Virus record (IMG/VR): IMGVR_UViG_3300018894_000001
Location: 1-64,000 of that record
Reading direction: 5' to 3' (one strand)
DNA length: 64,000 nt
Origin: a virus
The position numbers and the translations under genes were made by a program. Of the stretch, positions 17,559 to 26,116 are shown in pieces. Each line of letters starts with the position of its first letter. Position 1 is the first letter of the stretch. The notes under the pieces are model-generated. The model did not search any database, was not told the origin of the DNA, and saw only the letters and a program-made list of their open reading frames with translations.

Positions 17559-18135
17559 TTCCCCAGCCCTCCACGGGGCTCCAGGTGCCGTCCGGGGCCC
17601 GGCGCCACGTCGCGCCGCCGGCGAGCGTCACCAGGTTGCGACCCAGCGGCCGGTGGCTGCGGTACCAGCGCCTCCAGTGGGGATAGCCGGTCCGCCAGCC
17701 GAAGGCCACGGCGCCGACCCACCCGAAGGTGAGCGCCAGTGCCACGAGTCCCAGCCACGGCATGAGGGCCCGGAGTTGCGCAGCCCTGGGCGAGCACTCC
17801 ACCCGCACCGGCTCCCGTCCCTCCGCCTCGGCCTGCTCCTTCTCCCGGGCGCCGATGGAATCCAGCTCGGCGCCGTAGAGCAGCGCGGCGATGGACACCC
17901 CCAGCGCGGCCGCGGTCCGGAGCGTCTCCACCAGCGGCGCCTCCCCCAGGCTGCCGCCGTGCTGGAGCGCCACGGCACCCAGGAGGAGCGCGCCGTACGC
18001 CACGCGCTCCAGGTGCCAGGTCCGCACCCCGACTGCGTCCGCGCGCGCCTCCAGGACCAGCAGCACCCGGCGCAGCCATGGCCCCAGGTCGCCGCGTTCC
18101 TCCACGATGCTTCCAAGTTCTCTGGTCATGCTCAT
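17530..18135 (-). CDS. Integral membrane protein
   Basis: Several hydrophobic helices (YGALLLGAVAL, LGVSIAALLYGA, PWLGLVALALTFGWVGAVAFGW). Confidence 0.5.
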   Translation of the reverse strand: MSMTRELGSIVEERGDLGPWLRRVLLVLEARADAVGVRTWHLERVAYGALLLGAVALQHGGSLGEAPLVETLRTAAALGVSIAALLYGAELDSIGAREKEQAEAEGREPVRVECSPRAAQLRALMPWLGLVALALTFGWVGAVAFGWRTGYPHWRRWYRSHRPLGRNLVTLAGGATWRRAPDGTWSPVEGWGTTGLREASR

Positions 18136-18147
18136 GACGTCCTCCGC

Positions 18148-18411
18148 TCACATAGGGTTGGGCCGGATGCGATCCTGCGGGCGGCTACTTGGGGCGTTGG
18201 CTGGCTGGGATGTCGCTACCATCCCACCAACCCTCTGCGTGTCCGAAACAGACTCTGATGCGCCGCCACCACCTGCCCAAGAAAAAAAGGCCCCTTCTTC
18301 TTCCTTGTCGCAGATTTGAGGAAGCGTCACGGCTCCGACGCCTCCCCACTTGGAATACTGCTCTTCACATCCTTCATCCGAATTATCACTACAGATGAAA
18401 CACGTTCCCAT
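18148..18411 (-). CDS. Small acidic Cys-containing protein in a low-GC patch
   Basis: GGAGAC upstream of the ATG. Sits downstream of the 54-aa ORF, and local GC is visibly lower. Confidence 0.35.
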   Translation of the reverse strand: MGTCFICSDNSDEGCEEQYSKWGGVGAVTLPQICDKEEEGAFFSWAGGGGASESVSDTQRVGGMVATSQPANAPSSRPQDRIRPNPM

Positions 18412-18476
18412 GGTGTCTCCAGCGGTGGCCCGAATCTCGAGCGGGTGGTGCCCCGGTGAGGCCCGGGGCGTGGGTG

Positions 18477-18641
18477 CTACGCGGCGAGCTGCATGCGGCC
18501 GGTGGCGACGAGGAGGTCACGGAAGGCCACGGCGGCCTCGTAGTTGGCGGCGGCGAGGTTGCCCCAGGCCTTCGAGTCGTTGGGGTTCTTCAGCACCGCG
18601 TCAGTCAGCTTCGCCATCTTCTTGTCGGAGTTGCGCGCCAT
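18477..18641 (-). CDS. Small 54-aa helical protein, copy 2 (complete)
   Basis: Translation MARNSDKKMAKLTDAVLKNPNDSKAWGNLAAANYEAAVAFRDLLVATGRMQLAA. The 5' part is identical to 1-112. Strong promoter upstream. Confidence 0.6.
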   Translation of the reverse strand: MARNSDKKMAKLTDAVLKNPNDSKAWGNLAAANYEAAVAFRDLLVATGRMQLAA

Positions 18642-18689
18642 GTCGTGTCCCTTCGTCCCGGGCGGCTTCAGCGCCGCCCCATGAAGAGA

Positions 18690-18730
18690 GTTATACGCAG
18701 GTCCCGATGCCGTGTCAACAGGTCGCGCGC
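18690..18730 (-). promoter_or_regulatory. Sigma-70-like promoter with extended upstream motif (leftward)
   Basis: Minus strand reads GCGCGCGACCTGTTGACA, then 17 nt, then TATAAC. Confidence 0.55.
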
Positions 18731-19218
18731 ACGCGTTGGCGTGACGGGTCGTGCATGGCGGTTGTCGCGAATTCCCGGATGCTCCACGCGCATGCAACAC
18801 GCGCGTTGGCGGTGCCGTTCCCAACGCAAGCGTCCAAGCGCATCATACGTTCGTGCAATGCGTGCCGCTGGAGCTGTACCTGTCCCCGACAAGCAACGAG
18901 ACGCTGGAGTCCGCAGAGGCGCTGGCTCGAGCCCGCTGGCTCCGCCTTGCGGAAACGTCGGGCCTGACGCCGGCATGGCCCTCGGTGGTAGCAACGGCCA
19001 CCGCGTGGGGTGTGCATGTACGCGGGATGCTCTGGCGCCCGGCGCCGCGCGGGCTGTAGTCCATACCTCGCGAGAGGTACGCCGCGGAGCTGGCGCAGGA
19101 CGCCCAGGCTGGTAGCTTCCGCGCCGTCCACCGGCCGTCCTGGCCGGCGGCTCTACGAAGGACGTCCCCATGAAGCTGGTCACCCTGCCCGAAGGCCCGT
19201 GAGTTCTGGTCGGACCTC

Positions 19219-19737
19219 GTGGAGCACTCCAAGAAGCAGGGACGGCAGATGTTCGAGGACACCAAGAAAACGACTGGGCTGAAGAATGGCGACATGCGCA
19301 AGAAGGACTGGGACTGCCTCTTCTGGCGTGTGGCGGCCACGTTCGCGAACCAGCTCCAGCGCAAGCAGCCAGGACTCCAGCCACCGCAATTCGCACGGGA
19401 CCTCGAGAATACGGCCATGGACGAGGACGACTGCCCCGACCAGGGCGGGCCCGGCTCGTTCGGCGTTCAGGTCTTCCAGACGGCGGCCAATCAGGTTTCA
19501 GCGAGGCGGAACGGCTGGCAGATGACAGCAAACACCGAGCCCTCGCGTGACGAGCTTCCAGCCAGCGCTCGCTTGTCGGCAGAGGCCATGCGCACCTTCA
19601 TGGCCGTGGGCGTCGCGATTGGCGACGCAGCCCGAGGTGCCGCCGCGGCAGCTGGCGGCGTGCTGCCGATTCTCGTCCTGCCCCAGGAGATGGTGGACGA
19701 ACTCGTAAGCGGCCAGAAGTCACAGAAGCCGCTCTGA
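19219..19737 (+). CDS. Hypothetical protein
   Basis: Lys-rich N-terminus and non-shadow composition. The start is uncertain (GTG 19219 or ATG 19249). Confidence 0.45.
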   Translation: MEHSKKQGRQMFEDTKKTTGLKNGDMRKKDWDCLFWRVAATFANQLQRKQPGLQPPQFARDLENTAMDEDDCPDQGGPGSFGVQVFQTAANQVSARRNGWQMTANTEPSRDELPASARLSAEAMRTFMAVGVAIGDAARGAAAAAGGVLPILVLPQEMVDELVSGQKSQKPL

Positions 19738-19909
19738 GCATGCGTCGTCATGTGGCGCACGATGCGGGCGGCGTGCAGTGGGCGCGGGCGCTGCACCGTG
19801 AGCACCTCTCCACCAGCGGCGGCGCGGTGGTGGAGGGGTAGGCGCTGGGGCCGATGGCCGCGTACGCCGCACCTCAGCCCTTCGTGATGCGTGTCGTAGC
19901 CGGCGGACG

Positions 19910-20116
19910 TCACGGCTGAAGCTCGAGCCGCCCGGTGGCCTGCACCGCGCGCAGCTCGCACAGCGGGCAGCCCGTGGCGCCTCCACGTTGGCTGCGCGTC
20001 GCAACCGTGGTGCCGCACCGCACGCAATGGAACACCGCGTCCAGGCCGAAGAAGCGAGCCTCCTCGGCTGCCTCCAGCAGAACGGACCGAAGCATGAGGC
20101 TCTTCCACCACGCCAT
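19910..20116 (-). CDS. Small zinc-ribbon-like protein
   Basis: CVRCG...CPLC pair. The start overlaps the upstream stop (TGATG). Confidence 0.5.
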   Translation of the reverse strand: MAWWKSLMLRSVLLEAAEEARFFGLDAVFHCVRCGTTVATRSQRGGATGCPLCELRAVQATGRLELQP

Positions 20117-20550
20117 CAGGGTTCCCCTTTCAGGCTCGTGGGCGGGCGTTGTCCCTTGACGACAGGCGAGAAGCAGCCGCCCTTGTGCTCGTAGAGTCCG
20201 GCGGAGCATGGGGGCTCCGCGCCCTCCACCTTCGCCCAGCACGCGTTGTTGATGACGTGCATCCATTTCTCTTTGCACGGCGGGCGCTCCCAGTTCGAGC
20301 CGGGGGGCGGCGCGGGCGGCAGGATGCGCCGCACCGGCCTGTTGCCCCACTCCTGGCCCGTGGTGACCAGCACGGCCCCGTCAACGTCGGCGGCGACCAC
20401 CACCCGGGGCCTGCGCAGCGGCAGCACGCACAGCTCGAGACCGAGCACCGTCAGCAGCACCCACAGCCAGGGATTGCGCGGCGGGCGCGGTGGCCAACGA
20501 CTCGGCAGCAAGTACTCCCACGCGCGAGGCTGTGGGCAGATGGCTAGCAT
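20116..20550 (-). CDS. Single-pass membrane protein with a C-terminal 4-Cys domain (paralog A)
   Basis: TM helix WLWVLLTVLGLELCVL and tail PPCKEKW..ACWAKV..PPCSAGLYEHKGGCF, paralogous to 20657-21214. Confidence 0.5.
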   Translation of the reverse strand: MLAICPQPRAWEYLLPSRWPPRPPRNPWLWVLLTVLGLELCVLPLRRPRVVVAADVDGAVLVTTGQEWGNRPVRRILPPAPPPGSNWERPPCKEKWMHVINNACWAKVEGAEPPCSAGLYEHKGGCFSPVVKGQRPPTSLKGEP

Positions 20551-20656
20551 GGCGACTCCAGGACTACACGTAGCGGTGACCCGCATGAGGACTTAGCGGC
20601 CACATACACAGTGCATCGCCGACCATCCAGGCGCCAGAATCCAGACAGGCGCGCGT

Positions 20657-21214
20657 CTACCGCCCGAGGCTCGTGTCTGGCCGGCGCGCGGCGCCCACGG
20701 CAACGAAGCAGGCCCCCTCGTCCTCGTACAGCTCCGGCGGACAGGGCGGCTTCCTGGCGGCGCGGATGTAGCAGGCCCCGCCGCGCGCCTCCTCAACATT
20801 TTTCAGGCATGGCGGACGTTTCTGCCACCGCTCCGGACTGGACGGAACCGCGCGACCGACCTGGAGCGGGACTGATGCGTCCACGTAGGTGTCCACGACC
20901 ACCGGAGCGGGCGCGAACTCCTCGCCAGCGTCCGGCGCCACCGCCAGCCCGGCCGCGTCCGGGGGCTCCGGCCGAGTGGCTCCCAGCGTCAGCACGTCCA
21001 GGCAGCACCACGCCAGGGGCAGGCACGCTGCGAGGGCCAGCCACGGCCAGGGGCCGCGGACCCGTTCCGGCTGGGGGTTGTGGCGGCGCGGCTCAAGGCC
21101 GGATCGAGGGGCGCGGTGCTTCGACGGCGAGCCTGGGGCGGGGCAATGGGGAGGGTCGTCCATCTCCAGAGTGTCCGTCCGCTCACACTTTGCGTCAACC
21201 GTCCTGCTGGGCAT
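20657..21214 (-). CDS. Single-pass membrane protein with a C-terminal 4-Cys domain (paralog B)
   Basis: TM helix WPWLALAACLPLAWCCL and tail PPCLKNV..ACYIRA..PPCPPELYEDEGACF. The start is uncertain. Confidence 0.5.
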   Translation of the reverse strand: MPSRTVDAKCERTDTLEMDDPPHCPAPGSPSKHRAPRSGLEPRRHNPQPERVRGPWPWLALAACLPLAWCCLDVLTLGATRPEPPDAAGLAVAPDAGEEFAPAPVVVDTYVDASVPLQVGRAVPSSPERWQKRPPCLKNVEEARGGACYIRAARKPPCPPELYEDEGACFVAVGAARRPDTSLGR

Positions 21215-21397
21215 CGCGGGTGGGTCATTTGAGTCTTCTTGACGGCGCCACAGACTGCGCGCATTGTCGCAAGCAGGTGCTGCCCAGGACCGCGACCCGG
21301 GGCAGTGCAATCCCTACCCTGTATTGCCACCTTCACGGGTGGTAGTCGGCTCCCTCGGGTGCTGTCGCGGCCCCGAGGTGAGCCGGCGCTTTCTCCC

Positions 21398-21865
21398 ATG
21401 ACACAACCAGCGAACGCGCACGCCGCTGAGCCGCGAATCCGAGCTCTCACCCTGTGGCGTCCCTGGGGCTGGGCCATCTTCCACGGAGGCAAGGACGTGG
21501 AAAACCGGGGCCTGCGATTCCCGGCACCGCCGGTGGGTTCCTGGCTGGCCATCCACAACGGGAAGACGTGGGACGAGGAAAACGCCGAGGCCATGGAGGA
21601 CGAGTTCGGCCTGACGGTGCCGCCGGAAGACGAGCACCCGGCCGGCGTCATCATTGGCGTGGCCCGGGTAGAGGCCGTAACGCGCGGGACACCTCTTCGC
21701 CCGAGCCGCTGGTACATGGGCGAGACAGGGTTGTGGCTCGCCGAGGCGACGCCCATTGCGCCGGTGCCCGTCCGTGGCGCTCAAGGGCTATGGCCTCTTC
21801 CTCCGGATGTTCTGGCAAAGGTGCGCGAGGGTTGGGCCGCAGCCCGGAAGGCGGTGACGCCGTGA
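21398..21865 (+). CDS. ASCH-domain protein
   Basis: N-terminus IRALTLWRPWGWAIFHGGKDVENRG is typical of ASCH/PUA-like proteins. Confidence 0.65.
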   Translation: MTQPANAHAAEPRIRALTLWRPWGWAIFHGGKDVENRGLRFPAPPVGSWLAIHNGKTWDEENAEAMEDEFGLTVPPEDEHPAGVIIGVARVEAVTRGTPLRPSRWYMGETGLWLAEATPIAPVPVRGAQGLWPLPPDVLAKVREGWAAARKAVTP

Positions 21866-22170
21866 ACGCGCACGCCCACGCCGCCCGGAAGCACGCGAAG
21901 CGCCGCGCTGTGTCGCGCTTCGGCGCACGCCTCAACCGCCACCACCTGCGCGAGCTTGTAGAATCCATCCGCCAGGGCCGGGCGCGCTTCCTCTGGCGCG
22001 AGTCACGCACCCGGTGCTGCTTCCTGGTTGCCGTGAACGGGAAGCCCGCGGTAGCCGTCTACTCGTCCCAGAGCGGGGTGATTCACACGTTCCTGACTCT
22101 GGAAATCGCTAGGCGCAAGCTGACGCCGCTCGGCGTCTTCGTGCCCGAGGAGGTTGCACCATGCGCGTGA
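21862..22170 (+). CDS. Hypothetical protein
   Basis: GTGA overlap with the ASCH gene stop. Confidence 0.45.
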   Translation: MNAHAHAARKHAKRRAVSRFGARLNRHHLRELVESIRQGRARFLWRESRTRCCFLVAVNGKPAVAVYSSQSGVIHTFLTLEIARRKLTPLGVFVPEEVAPCA

Positions 22171-22700
22171 TGTTTTTCGGCTCCCGATCGCTGACGTGGC
22201 GGCATCTCCCGGTGCTGCGCGCACTCGCGCTGCATGCATCCCTCGACTTGGCGCAGTACGACGCAGGGCACTCAGTGCCGCACATGGACCTCGACCTGAT
22301 GCGCCTGTTGATGGCCGGCGGCGATGACGAGTGGCCAGCCCTGCCGGAGTCCGAGCCCTTGATCCTCCTGCATGGCGACGGCCCGCCAGGGAAGGTTCCC
22401 GGGGCCATCGGCGCCGACAAGCTCGCGGAACTCGCGTGCATGGAGGGGTGGCCAGAGCGTCGCAGGCTGAAGCGCTTCCCCGTCGAGCAGCATGCGGGCG
22501 AGACGTGGGGCCAGGCCGCGGCGCGCCGGAATGCGGCCATGGTGGCAGCGCGCCCTCACCGCGCATATGCGATTCACACCGACCTCGACGCATCAAAGGG
22601 CAGTTCGATGACGGCCAGCTTCCTCACCTCGGCGGGGATTCCGTACTGGTACGTCCGGGTGCGCCAGTCCGGAGAGCTGGTGTCCGTGGAGCAGCGGTAG
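22161..22700 (+). CDS. SLOG / DUF2493-like protein
   Basis: Pattern MRVMFFGSR...ILLHGDG..GAD..A...A...G......W....AA.RN..M resembles DUF2493. Confidence 0.55.
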   Translation: MRVMFFGSRSLTWRHLPVLRALALHASLDLAQYDAGHSVPHMDLDLMRLLMAGGDDEWPALPESEPLILLHGDGPPGKVPGAIGADKLAELACMEGWPERRRLKRFPVEQHAGETWGQAAARRNAAMVAARPHRAYAIHTDLDASKGSSMTASFLTSAGIPYWYVRVRQSGELVSVEQR

Positions 22701-22815
22701 AACGCCATGTTGACGGGCGGGCATGCCGCCAGTACCTTCACGCAGTTCCCGCTGGTGTCTTGCACCATCAGCGGTGTTGAATCCCTTCAAGTGCCTGGGC
22801 TCACGCCTTTGGCTG

Positions 22816-22853
22816 CCCCGGACCCACGCGTGTGCAAGCGCGTGGGTCCGGGG
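22816..22853 (+). promoter_or_regulatory. Perfect 15-bp stem, 8-nt loop hairpin upstream of the replication-organiser gene
   Basis: CCCCGGACCCACGCG-tgtgcaag-CGCGTGGGTCCGGGG, followed by AGTCCTTTCC. Could be a terminator, attenuator or operator. Confidence 0.4.
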
Positions 22854-22864
22854 AGTCCTTTCCG

Positions 22865-23797
22865 ATGGCCCCTTGCCTCCCAGTGCAGCAGCAGGACGCG
22901 CCGCCCGCGGATGCTCCCGGTGCCGGGCTTGCGGCATCCGAGCTGGAACTGCTCCGGGCCGAGATCGCTGAGGAGCGGGCCGCACGTCTCGTGGCGGAAG
23001 GTGTGGCCGAAGGCTACCGGCGCGCGCTGGCGCAGCTGCTCGCGGCGCTCCCCGTCGGGACTGTGCCCCCCTCCGCTGTCCCCATGTCCCCTGGGGACAT
23101 GTCCCCATGTCCCCAGGGACATTCGGGGACATTCGGGGACATGAAGGGGGGTAGGGGGGTAGCAGCAACAGCGACGACGAAGTCGGAGCTGTTGAGAGAG
23201 AAAGAAAGACTCAAGAAGCAAAGACAGAGAGCACTTCAAAAAGCTGCTGCTGAAGCCGCGCGAGGAGTGTCCCCTATTGTCCCCAGGGGACAAGGGGACA
23301 TGTCCCCTGTCCCTGTTCCAGTTGAGGCCTCGACCGTCACATCCAGTCCGCCAGCAGTTCGCCGCGCGCGCCCGGCCTGGATGGAAGACTCCCCGCCGGG
23401 CCCGGAGGTGGCCTTCTTCGCCGCCTGCCAGGAGGCGCGCCGTCAGGTCTTCCCCCAGGCGCTGCCGGAGTCCCCGCCCCCGACATGGGCCTCCTGGTAC
23501 CGAGAAGCCCTCGCCGTAGTCGGCGGCGATGAAGCCCGGCTGAAGGCGGCCTGGGGCGCCTACCTGAGCGATGACTGGGCCCGCAAGTGCAAGCCGGTGT
23601 GCCCCGCAAAGGCCTTCTGCGCGCCGGAGGTGTGGCGGCGGCACGTACCAGGGCAGGACGTTCTCGCCCCAGGCGCCCCGAGGACCAGCTCGCCCCACCG
23701 AAGGGGCAGCCGGACGGACACGAGCATGAGTGACTGGAGCAGTTTGCCCGAGGGGGGGATTGACCTCTCGGCGCCCGAAGAAGGGACGACGACATGA
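22865..23797 (+). CDS. Putative replication initiator or replisome organiser (contains iterons)
   Basis: Translationally coupled (ATGA) to the DnaC-like loader gene. Iteron clusters and an AT-rich tract lie inside the gene, as in lambda O. No recognisable domain by eye. Confidence 0.45.
   Translation: MAPCLPVQQQDAPPADAPGAGLAASELELLRAEIAEERAARLVAEGVAEGYRRALAQLLAALPVGTVPPSAVPMSPGDMSPCPQGHSGTFGDMKGGRGVAATATTKSELLREKERLKKQRQRALQKAAAEAARGVSPIVPRGQGDMSPVPVPVEASTVTSSPPAVRRARPAWMEDSPPGPEVAFFAACQEARRQVFPQALPESPPPTWASWYREALAVVGGDEARLKAAWGAYLSDDWARKCKPVCPAKAFCAPEVWRRHVPGQDVLAPGAPRTSSPHRRGSRTDTSMSDWSSLPEGGIDLSAPEEGTTT
23077..23314. repeat. Iteron array: 14 copies of TGTCCCC/GGGGACA in two clusters flanking an AT/purine-rich tract
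   Basis: Cluster 1 at 23077-23142 has 8 copies and includes the palindrome GGGGACATGTCCCC. Cluster 2 at 23268-23314 has 6 copies. The spacer at 23196-23243 is GAGAGAGAAAGAAAGACTCAAGAAGCAAAGACAGAGAGCACTTCAAAAAG. Confidence 0.6.
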
Positions 23798-24777
23798 GGA
23801 CGGAGCGAGTCGAGGCAGAGAACGGCAGCCCCGAAGAGCACCCGATGCGCAAGGTGCTGGGCTGGCTGCGCAACGGCGGGGGGCGAGCGTGGCGCGAGGA
23901 GCGCCAGCGCCTGGAGCGCGAGGGCCGGGAGATCGTGCTGTGTCCCCCGGACTGCTCCGCGAAGCTGCGGGCGGACACGCCGCACGCCCATACGTGGTGG
24001 GATATGTGGACCATGCGCGGCATGGCCGAGTATGAGTGCGAACTCCGGCGCGCGCTGGCCGAGAGCCAGACGGCGAAGCCTGACATCATGGGCAAGCTCG
24101 CCGCCGCGGGGGTGGGGCGGACGCACCTGGACAGGCTCCGGGAGAAGATGGACGAGCGCGCCAGCTTCCGCGCCGCGCGCAGGTGGTGGGACCAGCCACG
24201 TCCCATGATTTCGCCGGACCAGTACGGCAACCCGGCCCGACGCGGGCCCATGTCCTTCCCCTGGTTGCTGCTGCTGGGGGCCACAGACTCCGGGAAGACT
24301 CAGGCCGCCGCGTGGTGCCTGCAGCAGCACTTCCGCGCGTGGCCCTGGAACGGTCAGGCCAGCGGCCCCCGACAGCCCCCGCCGGGGCTCTTCTTCACCG
24401 CCGCCGAACTGCTCACCCTTCACGCCGCAGGCAGCGACGGCATCCAGGGGCGCGACAGGCTGGATGACCTGCGGAGAACGCCCCTGCTCGTTGTGGATGA
24501 CCTGGGCGCCACGCCCCTCACGGAGTACGCGCTCGGCTTGCTGTACGACATCCTCGATACACGGTACCGCGAGCGCCGCCGGACGGTGCTGACCGCCAAC
24601 CTATCGCCGCGGGACTTCGAGCAGCGCTTCGACCTGCGCGGTGGGCAGCGGGACGGCGCTTCCAACGAGGGACGCCTGTATCGGCGGGCCTCCGAGCACG
24701 GATACATGGCGCACCTCACGAAGACGGGCGGGAAGCTCTTCGTCGGCGGACGCGAGCAGACGGCGAAGGCAACCTGA
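23794..24777 (+). CDS. DnaC/IstB-like AAA+ helicase loader
   Basis: Walker A GATDSGKT, Walker B LLVVDDLG and sensor-like TVLTANLS. Confidence 0.7.
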   Translation: MRTERVEAENGSPEEHPMRKVLGWLRNGGGRAWREERQRLEREGREIVLCPPDCSAKLRADTPHAHTWWDMWTMRGMAEYECELRRALAESQTAKPDIMGKLAAAGVGRTHLDRLREKMDERASFRAARRWWDQPRPMISPDQYGNPARRGPMSFPWLLLLGATDSGKTQAAAWCLQQHFRAWPWNGQASGPRQPPPGLFFTAAELLTLHAAGSDGIQGRDRLDDLRRTPLLVVDDLGATPLTEYALGLLYDILDTRYRERRRTVLTANLSPRDFEQRFDLRGGQRDGASNEGRLYRRASEHGYMAHLTKTGGKLFVGGREQTAKAT

Positions 24778-24812
24778 GCGGCGGACACAGCACAACCAGA
24801 AGGGACGGAAGC

Positions 24813-25907
24813 ATGAGCACGAATGCGATTCACGAGGCGCTGGCGGAGCTGGAGAGGCACTCCAGCACGGACTGCAACAGCAGCGCGCACGCCAGCGACG
24901 TGGTGAAGATTCTGGAGGCGGCGCGCGCTGGGCTCGCAGCGCTGGAGGCCGACGACGCAGCGCTGCTGGCTGCGCTGTGGACATTGCAGCACGTTGAGTC
25001 CAGGAATCCGGAAGAGGGCATGTCCTACTGCCCTGCCTGTGGCGAGTGCGAAACCGGCCACACACAGGACTGCGAGTTGGCCGCCATCCTGTCCGACCCC
25101 CACCCGGGCGCCGCGCTGCTGGAAGAACTGCGCACCCTCCGCGCCCAGGTCGCAACGCTGGAGGCCGAGAACGAGCGATGCGCCAAGGCCAACAAGCTCC
25201 TGAACGAGGTTTGGCTGGCCGAGAAGTCCCGCGCCGAGGCCGCCGAGCGGCGCGTGGCGGAGTTGGAGGCGGAGGTGCTCAGCTTGGAAGAGGCACTGAA
25301 GGAGGAACACCTCAAGGCCGAGGGAGCCTATGCGCGCGGTCTCGTGGCCCACGTGGCGGAGGAGCCCGCCACGCACCCCGAGCACGCCCCGGCCGGTCCA
25401 CCCCAGGCGCTGCGCCTAGCGGCCCTGGCACTGGCCCTGAAGGTGGTGGAAGAGGAGCGCGCGAAGTGGGGTGGGGCTGTCCACACGGCCTGCGACGCCA
25501 TCTCCGGGCGGCTCCGCTACCTCTCGCAGTACCACTTCCCGCCCGCCCCGGCCGGGCTGCTGGATGCGGTGGGCATGGCGCTGGAGGCGTACGAAGGGCT
25601 TGACGCGGCGACGTGCCTTGAGGAGTTGCAAGCCGCCAAGAAGGCAACGCCGCCAACCATGTCCCGCCTCCGCTCCGTCTACGAGGCCGCGAAGGGCGGG
25701 GCCACGGACCGGCTCCAGCGCCTGGAGACGTTCGCCGAGCACTTCGCGGGGCTTGTTGACGCCGCCGTGGCCCACCAGCAGTGGAAGGCGGATGGCTCGA
25801 AGGGGATGCAGGTCCCGTTTCACGACGACTTCGCCAACGCCCCTCCATCCGTCATTGGCTCTCTGCGCCGGCTCGCGCGAGACGCCCGGGAGGCGCTGAA
25901 GCCATGA
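24813..25907 (+). CDS. Coiled-coil protein, paralog 2 of 3
   Basis: Contains HPGAALLEELRTLRAQVATLEAENERCAKANKLLNEVWLAEKSRAEAAE and a CPACGEC cluster. Confidence 0.6.
   Translation: MSTNAIHEALAELERHSSTDCNSSAHASDVVKILEAARAGLAALEADDAALLAALWTLQHVESRNPEEGMSYCPACGECETGHTQDCELAAILSDPHPGAALLEELRTLRAQVATLEAENERCAKANKLLNEVWLAEKSRAEAAERRVAELEAEVLSLEEALKEEHLKAEGAYARGLVAHVAEEPATHPEHAPAGPPQALRLAALALALKVVEEERAKWGGAVHTACDAISGRLRYLSQYHFPPAPAGLLDAVGMALEAYEGLDAATCLEELQAAKKATPPTMSRLRSVYEAAKGGATDRLQRLETFAEHFAGLVDAAVAHQQWKADGSKGMQVPFHDDFANAPPSVIGSLRRLARDAREALKP
25137..25247. repeat. 111-bp inverted repeat, partner of 13367-13477
   Basis: The reverse complement matches 13367-13477 with one mismatch. Confidence 0.85.
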
Positions 25908-26116
25908 GCGCATGTCTGGTGTGCGGGGCAGATGCCCCCGGCGGCCCGATAGTGGGCATCAAGCAGCGGCACCTGTGCGACGAGCATCGGACAGCCTGGG
26001 CGGCATCTGGGGAGGCCAAGCGCGCCTTTGCGTCAGCTAGCACCCGGGCGGCGCGGCTGGCCTTCATGGACTGGCTGACCCGGGTCCGCGCCGAACGGCG
26101 GAACGCGGCGACGTAG
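25904..26116 (+). CDS. Small hypothetical protein
   Basis: ATGA overlap with the upstream stop. Confidence 0.45.
   Translation: MSACLVCGADAPGGPIVGIKQRHLCDEHRTAWAASGEAKRAFASASTRAARLAFMDWLTRVRAERRNAAT

Noticed and set aside
18751-19059. 102-aa plus-strand ORF divergent from the 54-aa ORF promoter
   Set aside because: It has no ATG and no Shine-Dalgarno sequence. Only the distal ~68 codons (from GTG 18853) show coding-like third-position GC. It is possibly a real small gene or a remnant, but the evidence is too weak to call.
23077-23314. Short repeat clusters considered as a CRISPR array
   Set aside because: The repeats are only 7-8 bp and occur in both orientations. They have no regular spacers of 25-40 bp and lie inside a coding region. 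An iteron/origin interpretation fits better.
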